Below are positions 63,967 to 64,000 of a stretch of DNA of 64,000 bases, piece by piece. The stretch comes from an uncultured bacterium (GTDB lineage Bacteria > Chloroflexota > UBA5177 > JANWHV01), in NCBI GenBank assembly GCA_963827235.1, contig CAWHAE010000010.1:256001-320000 (forward strand), read 5' to 3'. The notes beneath the pieces were generated by a model, which had not been told where the DNA came from, did not search any database, and worked only from the letters and a program-made list of their open reading frames with translations. Position 1 is the stretch's first letter; each line of letters starts with the position of its first letter. The position numbers and the translations under genes are program-made.

Positions 63967-64000
63967 CCTCTCATTCTGTCGTGGTCACGCGTCCATGGAA

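Overview
GC-rich bacterial accessory region with no rRNA, tRNA or CRISPR array that I could see. Gene style suggests a soil Chloroflexota/Terrabacteria-type host (inference only). Intact modules: Fur/PerR-ferritin-katG, a patatin/membrane-protein/papain-like peptidase cluster, an OmpR-type two-component system with a divergent FtsX-type ABC exporter, MerR plus ABC, a LacI/melA/Gfo-Idh-MocA sugar locus, an IS701-like DDE element and many large secreted proteins (NHL, YncE, BNR, FecR-like, CHAP). Intergenic spaces are full of gene relics (IS630, IS110, IS701, integrase core, BrnTA, ECF41, ABC permeases). Most unusual items: (1) an orphan T6SS Hcp gene translationally coupled to a twin-arginine protein, with no other T6SS genes in the window; (2) two diverged copies of a ~225-nt structured leader with conserved stems, replaced loops, a terminator-like hairpin and anti-SD/SD; (3) a stand-alone FtsZ paralog with a degenerate GTPase site; (4) a segment bounded by 239-bp direct repeats carrying a possible small-virus coat-like gene, next to an Eco1-like Zn-finger acetyltransferase. 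All family calls come from motif recognition by eye; no database searches were run.
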